Part shown: positions 26,101-38,100 of the stretch, piece by piece
Position numbering within the stretch: position 1 is the first letter of the stretch
Layout: every line of letters begins with the position of its first letter
From: Dendrobates tinctorius
Lineage: Eukaryota
Direction: 5' to 3'
Assembly (NCBI RefSeq): GCF_039654945.1
Contig: NW_027361804.1
Location: 4,154,001 to 4,218,000 of the forward strand
Length of the DNA stretch: 64,000 nucleotides
Notes under the pieces: generated by a model
The model's database searches: none
Seen by the model: only the letters and a program-made list of their open reading frames with translations
What the model was told of the DNA's origin: nothing
Made by a program: the position numbers and the translations under genes

Positions 26101-29100
26101 ACCAGCAGAATAGTGAGTGCAGCTCTGGAATATAATACAGGGTGTAACTCAGGATCAGTAATGTAATGTATGTACACAGTGACTGCACCAGCAGAATAGT
26201 GAGTGCAGCTCTGGAGTATAATACAGGATGTAACTCAGGATCAGTAATGTAATGTATGTACACAGTGACTGCACCAGCAGAATAGTGAGTGCAGCTCTGG
26301 AGTATAATACAGGATGTAACTCAGGATCAGTAATGTAATGTATGTACACAGTGACTGCACCAGCAGAATAGTGAGTGCAGCTCTGGAGTATAATACAGGA
26401 TGTAACTCAGGATCAGTAATGTAATGTATGTACACAGTGACTGCACCAGCAGAATAGTGAGTGCAGCTCTGGCGTATAATACAGGATGTAACTCAGGATC
26501 AGTAATGTAATGTATGTACACAGTGACTGCACCAGCAGAATAGTGAGTGCAGCTCTGGGGTATAATAAAGGATATGTATGGACACAGTATAATTATACGG
26601 GGGTCTTGGCAGTAGATATAATCCGTACTCTTCCAGTGCCCGCTGTCTCTTCTCCCAGGACGGTTCTTCCTTGTAGAGTCTGGTCCCATAGAAATACCAG
26701 TACAAGTTGGCCTCGGAGTCCTCTCCCAGAGGCTCCACGCGCAGACTGTCCCCGTCCAGACCCTAATGATAGAATACATTAATAATTCTACTTTTTTGCC
26801 CTTAACCCTCAGCAGTTTTTAGGGATGGACAGGAGGGGGACGAACCTTAAGGAGTTCGAAGACGTCGTCAGCGTCCAGCCGGTAGTCGCACAGCCGATGC
26901 AGGATCTCCAGGCGGCTGCGCAGCGGCAGCTGGTGGTACGTTGCCCCCTTTAGCGGGTTGGGTTTCCCTTCTTCCAGTTCCCAGCGGTAACTAATGATGT
27001 CCTCCAGGTATATGTGGAAGGTCTGAGGCCTGAGAGCGACAGAGACCGTGAGGAGTTATATGGACAGAGTTGAACTACCTCCGACCTTAAAGGGGTCCTG
27101 CACTTACGTGATGTCGTGCCGCTGATAGCAGCCCTGCAGCAGACAGGCCAGGAGCTCGCCCAGGAACTCCATATCGTCGCGGTACAAGGCATCCTCCAAC
27201 TCCTGGTGCAAAAGCAAGGAAAGGAACATTAGCGGACCGAGGGCGAAACAGCAGCTCACGACATTCTATTGTCCTCAGTTATCAGCCACCAATGTCACCC
27301 TGTAGCAGAGAGATGCAGAATGAAAATTTCACAAAAAATAATGTCCCATAAAAGGCTGGAGATGAGTTCAGGCCCGGGCAGCATCTAAGGGGTTAAAAGT
27401 CCCAGCTGTCAGTGCAGGCGCAGATTTCGCTTACTTCTGCTGTCCTGACTTTAGACAGACAAGGTGGCAGCAGGGGAGGGGCGGCCGGGGGTGGGGGACC
27501 CCCTTACGCATTATGCACGCACATGCAGAAGCCCCTCACACAGCAGAATTAAACAAACAGGGAATGAAAGGAAAGAGTTGATAAAAGAAAAAGCCTTTAA
27601 GAGCGGCCCAGGGCCCTGCGGAGCGCCGGAGACGTACAGAGTCTTCCCGGGGTGAGGAAGACAATGGGCGAGAGACAGAAGAAGGGGGGATCACGCCCCA
27701 TCGCCAACGTCAGGACGCGGACACAACAGGTCATTAGTGACATCGCTCAAGACTGGCAGCCCCCTAAATCAGAGCGATCTGCAGCATCCAGGCACAAGGG
27801 TCTGCCCATCTGTCACCAAATCCTGGCGGAATGGGGGGGCGCTACCACCGCGGCTAAAGCCGCCCACGATCCAACATCAGAACACCATGGTGGAAAAAGC
27901 ATTAATCCGTGTAGTTTTATAAACCTGCGTCCGTAAAGGTATCAACGGCGGCTTCAAAGAGGTTTTCATGAGGCAGCGATGGTGCACAGTTCCATACAGC
28001 GCCAAGTCCTGCTCCACAACTGTCCTAAACCAGAAAAAGGCACAAAACACTCAACTAAGGAAAGAGAAACCAGGATCCATCATTACTGTAAGACATGAAG
28101 ATAGGGAAAATTACTAGAACCTTGAAGGTATCCTCAAGTGCAGTCATGAAACCGGCTCAACAGGAAAGGAAGACCAAGAATGACCTCTGCTGCAGAGGAT
28201 AAGTTCATCAGAGTCATCCGATAAGAAAACGGAAAATCGACAGCACCTCAGATAACATTGTAAATGATGAACCCATATCAAGGAGCAGAAATAGCCTTTA
28301 TGGTCAAAGTGCTGAGAAGAAGCCACCGCTGAGGACCACAAATGATAAGAGACTTGTTTGAGCTAAACAACACAAGGACCGGACTTTAAATCAGTTGAGT
28401 CTATACTGGGGTCCGAAGAGACCAAATTTTTAGTTTTTTTGGTTTCAACCGACACAAAAAAGAGAGAAGTGAATGGTTTCTACATGTGTCGTGCCCACTG
28501 TAAAGTCTGGAGGGGTAGGTGTGATGTTTGTTGGTTAAATCCCCCAGTCACAGGTCTCTCATTCAGTCCTATTAGACGTCTTGCTTTGTACTGATGAGGG
28601 GCAAACATAAGTCTGCAAAAAGAAGTGACGACACGAAAAACTCGGCGGGCTCTCCTGAGTATAAGAGGTCTTGTGTGCACAAGGCCTTACCAAGGGTGGC
28701 CACCGCAGCTTTCTGCAGTAGCCACCATCCCATCTGGTCTCCACTTAGTGTGGATGATAATGCCAGACCCCTCGGGCGCTGTGGCCGAGAAGGAGATCGT
28801 GTTTCCCGTTATATTCCTCCATTCCTGGTTTTGCCGCCTTCAGTCTGAATCTGCACATGCACAATCTAGTATGAACAGGAGAGTCTGGACTTCTCATCAG
28901 TACTGTGGCAGATCTACCCTCCTAGAGCGCAAGGCCTGCGTCAAGATAAGAACCTCTTACAGATGGGTGGTGGGCTTTGGGCTTTTTATGGGTCTTTCCT
29001 CACACAGGTCATCAGAGCAGAGTACGGTCGGGTTCAGACGCCTGCGTTTTCGTTCCGTCTGAGCCCGCTGAGTCTCCTAGCCCTTTCCTCCAGCTCAGAC

Positions 29101-32100
29101 AGATCATGATTGCAGCCACCACTGATTGGCTGCAGCGGTCACCTGATGCCTCCACTGAAAAAGGAAGCCAAGAAGACCATCAGGGAACCCCAGTAGCAGT
29201 ATGGAGGCGCAGCGGGGGTTCGATAGATGGGGATATTAGGAAATTATGCATAAAGGCTAATGCATTTTTTTTTCAGGGGGCTAAACGCATGGATTTTGCA
29301 AAAACTGCAGAAAAAAAATGCCCAATGTGAGTTAAGTGCATGAGTCAGACGACAATGGGGGCAGCTCTGGTGACTGGTGCTTGACCACTGTTTCTGTCCT
29401 CCATAGGAAGGGGGTGGAGGAGGTTTAGGCTGCGGACCCTCCTGTATGGGAATCTACATCACATCCCCCTCTGATGTCCTGCTGAACTTTTAACCTGGCC
29501 GAAACCAGATTCCCACAATCCTTTGCCCTTGGGGGCCATACACAAACTCTAGGATTCAGATATTTTAGGGGCTCTTAGAAGGGACGTACACAGCAAAGTA
29601 TCTGTCACCACGGCATCCACTGTCCCATAGGAAAGTTTTAAAACTTTTTGTTTGCTCTTTTAAAAAGTTTTGAAAACAAAAGTTTTTTTTCTTGGTCCGT
29701 TCTCACTGTGGAAGCAAAGCGGATCACTATGAGGACGGTGGAAATGGTGCTGGCACCTAGCGCCCAATCACCCCCTTAGACGGATCCCGGTCGGCGCCTA
29801 TCCAGACTCCGGAACGCTCCATATACCCCACGATCCTGCAGTTTTGATCACAGGAGGAATGAGCAGGTTAAACCGGACATAGGCTCCAATGAACAACCTA
29901 TTTGACATATGAAAAGCAAATGGCCTGGGGGGGCTGGGGTGTTTACAACCCTGCACAACCATCCCCTGCAGGGCGTCCTCCCCCATAATAGGGCCTGGGA
30001 CAGGGAGATCTGGGGTCCTGCAGCTAAGCGGCCCACTAAACTGCTTATACCAGAATCACAGGGAGCTAAGAAAGTATGTGAACCCCCATGACGGGCCATA
30101 TCTGTGGTCCACCAGGCACATGAGCCCATAGTAGCAATTCCAGATGAATGACACATTGGAGGGGTCTGACAGCAGATCAGGATGGGGCATATGGATTTCA
30201 ACATGCCCAGTCCTCATCTAGCGTCCAGCATCAAAGATTGCCCAAAATCAATGCTAGAATCTGATTGGTCGAGACCAGCATACTACATCCAACCACAAAG
30301 TTTTCTCAATTAGCTTGATAACGTGCTTATCCGGGCATGCTGGGAGTTGTAGTGAAGAGACCCCTGTAAAAACACCCGCTGGTTGTGAGGAGTTAAGGCA
30401 GGGGTGACAGCGGTTGTTTTCTCGCTCGCCTCCTCCAGGACCCGTGTGACAGGACTGCTGATGAGAGAATTCAGAGGGTCTGGGGCCGCTTTACAGGTCC
30501 CATCTCGCCCCTATAATCAGTGATGCAGCTGCCGCACTGCACCTGGGATCTCCCAGTTGGCCGCCTGGTAACGAGCGCAGAGAGGGGAGATTACACAGGC
30601 GGGCGGCATGCCAGATGATGGAATACGCCAGCAATACCCCGGGTGGGCACAGACTAACAGCACACGCGCGATCCGTCAGGGCTTGTATCTGCGCCGCAGC
30701 ATAGGGTGGTGCTATATAAAGAATAATGACTCCTGTGGCAACAGAACAGCTCCCCTAGTGGACAGTGAAAAAACAATAGCAAACTGTCCCTTTAAGAATA
30801 ATTTAAAAGGATCCCAACAATAAGCTGGTCTTTATAAATAAGTGCTCAATGCCCCCACAGTGCCACCGCAGGTGAAAGACGGTATTACACTGCTCACAAT
30901 GATACCAAGAATGCGCTTTCCCTACCAGCTTGGTAAATGAGGGTCCTAACTAGACGATCACCCCCCACCCCATAACGCCTTCCTAACAAAGTACTAATAT
31001 GGCATTTTCTCATTTTGGCCACCTACTAGGAAAATTAAGTACACCTCAGCCGACAGCTCGACCTCCCTATATGCCTGCATCCTTGCCCCAGCCAAGAGGT
31101 CACGTACTCCTGATGGGGAGAGGGGAATGAGCGGCTACCAGAATCCTCAGGTGGCAGCTAACGTGCTTAGATAAGGAAGGACTGGGCATGTTGGCAGTGG
31201 AGAGGTCCGATCTTTCTTCCATACACATTATATGGTGGGGGCTCGGCTCATTCCATGTCACAGGCAGCAGGGGGGACGCTGAAGGTGGTCTATAGTGAAG
31301 TCCAGCAAGTAGCCCCCCATATCTCAGCTCACAAAGTAGGGTCACCCCCTAATACCAGATGCACATGCGGAGGGGGCAGCGACAGCAGGGGGCGAGGACG
31401 GCCGATGGGCGTCTCTGATCCACAAGAAAGAGCCAGAGTCGTCCCCTCATCTCCACCATAACACAAAGCCACGTGTGTGATGCATCAGCGGAGGCCGGGG
31501 AGCTGAACAAGGGGACACAATCCCCCAAAACTGGCCATACACACCCCACAGCATGGGGGGGGACTCGATTACAAGCTCTTGAGACTACTTAAAGGGCCGG
31601 TAATGTAAGGTCTGCGGCGTTAAAAGGTCCAACCGTTATAAAATCCCGTGTGCCCTGAAGTCACGCAACAGTTGCATTCGTGGATGTCAAGTCTGTGGCA
31701 CCAGCTGACAGCAAGTTTGGCGCAACAATGGCCCCGGACCAGCTGCACTACAACAAAGGCGACCATGGCCCCCGGCGGTCATGTGACCTGCCCCATTCAC
31801 TTCTAAAAGAGGGGGGGGGGGGGGGACAAAAAAAAGTGACTTATGCAAAATCTGCAGGGTCACATGACCGAGGCTGTGCAAAAAGTTCCAGCAAGTGATG
31901 GGTTAGTTCTCCCCCACCCCCCCATAGGTGAGTCACTTATCAGACCCCAAACTTCATTTACACTACAAACAGCTTCACATTGTCCTGCAAAGTGACAGGA
32001 GGGGGGCAAAGACAAAAGGAGGGGAGGAGGACAGACCCTCACAGGCTGCAGGGTCAATTAACCAATTCAGGAACAAAAGAGAGGCAACAACACTGGGTGA

Positions 32101-35100
32101 TGGGGGGACAAGTCCTAGATCCCTCCCTGGGAAAGCTGGGTGATACCCCAATGGGGACAGACCGAGAGCAAGAGCAATGCAGACGTGAAGGAGTTAACAG
32201 ATGCGGCAGCGCAGCCCCTGCGCCCCTCCCTCAGGGTATTGTCCCCTCTGGAAGCCATGCTGCCCCTGGAAGCCCCAGAACAAAACAGAGGGGTTTCCCC
32301 GGAGCGAGAACCCCCCCCCACATCCAGAACAAAACCCCTCCATTATATACAGCAGACTGCATCCAAAAAGGCATGGGAGAGAGAAGCAGCTCCCTCCCCA
32401 GCCACAGCTGAAGCCTCCAGACAGCACTGCAAGGGTTAAGTCAACACTAGAGTGTCAGCTCCTGGGACCAAAGAGAAGTGGGAGGCCAGGCATCCTGGCA
32501 CGTAACGGGTTAATCTCAGGAGCCAATGAGCAAACTAAGAAAAGTTTACACCCACAACAGCAGCACATGCTGGGGAGGGGCGTCTCCTCGGGTGACCCCA
32601 AAGACAGTGGGGGTCACACTGATCCCCCCACAGTCCACATTCTCACCCCAAAACACTGCCCTCTCCATGACCCCAAAATTTATGCTGCCGCCACAGGGCG
32701 CCCCCTCCCATTGTCACTGTGACTTCTGGACTTTGATCACCCAAACACTGACAGCAGCACAGACCCCCACACACGCCCCAGGACCCCCAGCATGAAACAT
32801 TTTCTGAACCTGTCTCTCACCCCGGGAGGAGTTGGCTGCAAACTGCAAATACAGTCCTGACCCCATAACAGCATCACCTGCCAAAAATATACAGGACCCC
32901 ATAATACCAATAAGCCCTCACCCCCCAATACTCAGGACCCATAATACCAATAAGCCCCCACCGCCCAATACTCAGGACCCCATAATACTAATAAGCCCTC
33001 ACCCCCCAATACTCAGGACCCATAACACCAATAAGCCTCCACCGCCCAATACTCAGGACCCCATAATACCAATAAGCCCTCACCCCCCAATACTCAGGAC
33101 CCCATAATACCAATAAGCCTCCACCCCCCAATACTCAGGACCCCATAATACCAATAAGCCCCCACCCCCCAATACTCAGGACCCCATAATACCAATAAGC
33201 CCCCACCCCCCAATACTCAGGACCCCATAATACCAATAAGCCCCCACCCCCCAATACTCAGGACCCCATAATACCAATAAGCCCCCACCCCCCAATACTC
33301 AGGACCCCATAATACCAATAAGCCCCCACCCCCCAATACTCAGGACCCCATAATACCAATAAGCCCTCACCCCCCAATACTCAGGACCCCATAATACCAA
33401 TAAGCCTCCACCCCCCAATACTCAGGACCCATAATACCAATAAGCCTCCACCCCCCAATACTCAGGACCCCATAATACCAATAAGCCCCCCACCCCCCAA
33501 TACTCAGGACCCCATAATACCAATAAGCCCCCCACCCCCCAATACTCAGGACCCCATAATACCAATAAGCCCCCACCCCCCAATATTCAGAACCCCATAA
33601 TACCAATAAGCCCCCAATACTCAGGACCCCATAATACCAATAAGCCTCCACCCCCCAATACTCAGGACCCCATAATACCAATAAGCCCCCCACCCCCCAA
33701 TACTCAGGACCCCATAATACCAATAAGCCCCCACCCCCCAATATTCAGAACCCCATAATACCAATAAGCCCCCAATACTCAGGACCCCATAATACCAATA
33801 AGCCCCCAATACTCAGGACCCCATAATACCAATAAGCCCCCACCCCCCAATACTCAGCACCCCATAATACCAATAAGCCCTCACCCCCCCAATACTCAGG
33901 ACCCCATAATACCAATAAGCCCTCACCCCCCAATACTCAGGACCCCATAATACCAATAAGCCCTCACCCCCCAATACTCAGGACCCCATAATACCAATAA
34001 GCCCTCACCCCCCCAATACTCAGGACCCCATAATACCGATAAGCACCCAATACTCAGGACCCCATAATACCGATAAGCACCCAATACTCAGGACCCCATA
34101 ATACCAATAAGCCCCCACCCCCCAATACTCAGGACCCCATAATACCAATAAGCCCCCAATACTCAGGACCCCATAATACCAATAAGCCCCCAATACTCAG
34201 GACCCCATAATACTAATAAGCCCCCACCCCCCAATACTCAGGACCCCATAATACCAATAAGCCCCCACCTCCCAATATTCAGAACCCCATAATACCAATA
34301 AGCCCCCAATACTCAGGACCCCATAATACCGATAAGCACCCAATACTCAGGACCCCATAATACCAATAAGCCCCCACCCCCCAATACTCAGGACCCCATA
34401 ATACCAATAAGCCCCCAATACTCAGGACCCCATAATACCAATAAGCCCCCACCCCCCAATACTCAGGACCCCATAATATCAATAAGCCCCCAATACTCAG
34501 AACCCCATAATACCAATAAGCTCCCAATACTCAGGACCCCATAATACCAATAAGCCCCCACCGCCCAATACTCAGGACCCCATAATACCAATAAGCCCCC
34601 ACCCCCCAATACTCAGGACCCCATAATATCAATAAGCCCCCACCCCCCAATACTCAGGACCCCATAATATCAATAAGCCCCCAATACTCAGAACCCCATA
34701 ATACCAATAAGCTCCCAATACTCAGGACCCCATAATACCAATAAGCTCCCAATAACTCAGAACCCCATAATACCAATAAGCTCCCAATACTCAGGACCCC
34801 ATAATACCAATAAGCCCCCAATACTCAGGACCCCATAATACCAATAAGCTCCCAATACTCAGAACCCCATAATACCAATAAGCTCCCAATACTCAGGACC
34901 CCATAATACCAATAAGCCCCCAATACTCAGAACCCCATAATACCAATAAGCCCCCACCCCCCAATACTCAGGACCCCATAATACCAATAAGCTCCCAATA
35001 CTCAGGACCCCATAATACCAATAAGCCCCCAATACTCAGAACCCCATAATACCAATAAGCCCCCAATACTCAGAACCCCATAATACCAATAAGCCCCCAA

Positions 35101-38100
35101 TACTCAGAACCCCATAATATCAATAAGCTCCCACCCCCCAATATTCAGGACCCCATAATACCAATAAGCCCCCAATACTCAGGACCCCATAATGGAGATT
35201 GAGAGGTCACTCCTCAGAGATGCAGTGGCCCCTTCTCCTAGGTGCTACTGGCAGCCGAGTATTGTGGGGGGAGATGTGAATAATAAAGGCTAAGGCTATG
35301 TGCACACGCTGCGGATTCACTCCGCGGATCCGCAGGTAAAACCGCAGGTAAAGTGACCTGCGGATTGGCCTGCGGTTTTCCCCTGCGGTTTGACACCAGG
35401 ACAATGGAATAGGTGGCAAATCGCAGCGGAATCTGCAGAAAGAATTGACATGTCTATACTTTCTGCGGATTCAAAACCGCAGCTTTTCCACAGTTGAAAA
35501 ACCGCAGCGTGTGCACATAGCCTTAGTCTGGGGTCACATGATTGCATTAAAAAATAAATAAAATAATCAGTCCCACCAGGACAGCGGACGAGGTTTTCTC
35601 ACTTGTCCTTCCTGTACAGTCCGTTTCCTCCTCAGCTATTAATCAGTTTCCTGCTCCAAGACTGAGACGTATCGGTGACGATCGGGATCTTACACCGAGG
35701 CCCCGCGTGACGTATCGGTGACGATCGGGATCTTACACCGAGGCCCCGCGTGACGTATCGGTGACGATCGGGATCTTACACCGAGGCCCCGCGTGACGTA
35801 TCGGTGACGATCGGGATCTTACACCGAGGCCCCGCGTGACGTTTCGGTGACGATCGGGATCTTACACCGAGGCCCCGCGTGACGTTTCGGTGACGATCGG
35901 GATCTTACACCGAGGCCCCGCGTGACGTTTCGGTGACGATCGGGATCTTACACCGAGGCCCCGCGTGACGTTTCGGTGACGATCGGGATCTTACACCGAG
36001 GCCCCGCGTGACGTTTCGGTGACGATCGGGATCTTACACCGAGGCCCCGCGTGACGTTTCGGTGACGATCGGGATCTTACACCGAGGCCCCGCGTGACGT
36101 AGCGGAGACGATCGGGATCTTACACCGAGGCCCCGCGTGACGTAGCGGAGACGATCGGGATCTTACACCGAGGCCCCGCGTGACGTTTCGGTGACGATCG
36201 GGATCTTACACCGAGGCCCCGCGTGACGTAGCGGAGACGATCGGGATCTTACACCGAGGCCCCGCGTGACGTATCGGTGACGATCGGGATCTTACACCGA
36301 GGCCCCGCGTGACGTATCGGTGACGATCGGGATCTTACACCGAGGCCCCGCGTGACGTATCGGTGACGATCGGGATCTTACACCGAGGCCCCGCGTGACG
36401 TATCGGTGACGATCGGGATCTTACACCTAGGCCCCGCGTGACGTAGCGGAGACGATCGGGATCTTACACCTAGGCCCCGCGTGACGTAGCGGAGACGATC
36501 GGGATCTTACACCTAGGCCCCGCGTGACGTAGCGGAGACGATCGGGATCTTACACCGAGGCCCCGCGTGACGTAGCGGTGACGATCGGGATCTTACACCG
36601 AGGCCCCGCGTGACGTAGCGGTGACGATCGGGATCTTACACCGAGGCCCCGCGTGACGTAGCGGTGACGATCGGGATCTTACACCGAGGCCCCGCGTGAC
36701 GTAGCGGTGACGATCGGGATCTTACACCGAGGCCCCGCGTGACGTAGCGGTGACGATCGGGATCTTACACCGAGGCCCCGCGTGACGTAGCGGTGACGAT
36801 CGGGATCTTACAACGAGGCCCCGCGTGACGTATCGGAGACGATCGGGATCTTACACCGAGGCCCCGCGTGACGTAGCGGTGACGATCGGGATCTTACACC
36901 GAGGCCCCGCGTGACGTAGCGGTGACGATCGGGATCTTACACCGAGGCCCCGCGTGACGTAGCGGTGACGATCGGGATCTTACACCGAGGCCCCGCGTGA
37001 CGTAGCGGTGACGATCGGGATCTTACACCGAGGCCCCGCGTGACGTAGCGGTGACGATCGGGATCTTACACCGAGGCCCCGCGTGACGTAGCGGTGACGA
37101 TCGGGATCTTACACCGAGGCCCCGCGTGACGTAGCGGTGACGATCGGGATCTTACACCGAGGCCCCGCGTGACGTAGCGGTGACGATCGGGATCTTACAC
37201 CGAGGCCCCGCGTGACGTAGCGGTGACGATCGGGATCTTACACCGAGGCCCCGCGTGACGTAGCGGTGACGATCGGGATCTTACACCGAGGCCCCGCGTG
37301 ACGTAGCGGTGACGATCGGGATCTTACACCGAGGCCCCGCGTGACGTTGCGGTGACTATCGGGATCTTACACCGAGGCCCCGCGTGACGTAGCGGTGACG
37401 ATCGGGATCTTACACCGAGGCCCCGCGTGACGTATCGGAGACGATCGGGATCTTACACCGAGGCCCCGCGTGACGTATCGGAGATGATCGGGATCTTACA
37501 CCGAGGCCCAGCGTGACGTATCGGTGATGATCGGGATCTTACACCGAGGCCCCGCGTGACGTATCAGTGATGATCAGGATCTTACACCGAGGCCCCGCGT
37601 GACGTATCAGTGATGATCGGGATCTTACACCGAGGCCCCGCGTGACATATCGGTGATGATCGGGATCTTACACCAAGGCTACGGACCACATAGAACTCAT
37701 GGAATAATCAGACTGAGTGCATCTTCCAATTCATAGCCAAGTGTGAGCGAGGCTTTAAGCTCAGTATTATGGTGACAGAGTATAACGGGGTCTCAATCTT
37801 ACAGGGGGGCTGATACTGCTCAGTAGGGGGGCTGAGTAATATGGAGGACTAGTCTTACAGGGGTTGTTGCTGCTCAGTATTGGGGGCAGAGTATAACAGG
37901 GAATCACTATTACAGGGGGCTAATGCTACTCAGTATTGTGGGAGCAGAGTCTCAGTACAGGGGGGCTGATACTGCTTACTACAGGGGGAGGGGGGGCGGG
38001 GGGTTGAGGTTGGGGGCTCAGTATTAGGGGGCTTATACTGCTCAGTACAGGGGTGGGGTGCTCATCATTGGGGCAGACTTTCAATACAGGGGTGGGGGGA

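Noticed and set aside
31980-32722. Overlapping 100-170 aa ORFs or an alternative cecr2 first exon
   Set aside because: No homology recognised and no convincing splice pairing.
35665-37680. CRISPR-like regular array
   Set aside because: Head-to-tail units with no unique spacers, no cas genes, and a eukaryotic intron context; the same applies to all arrays here.
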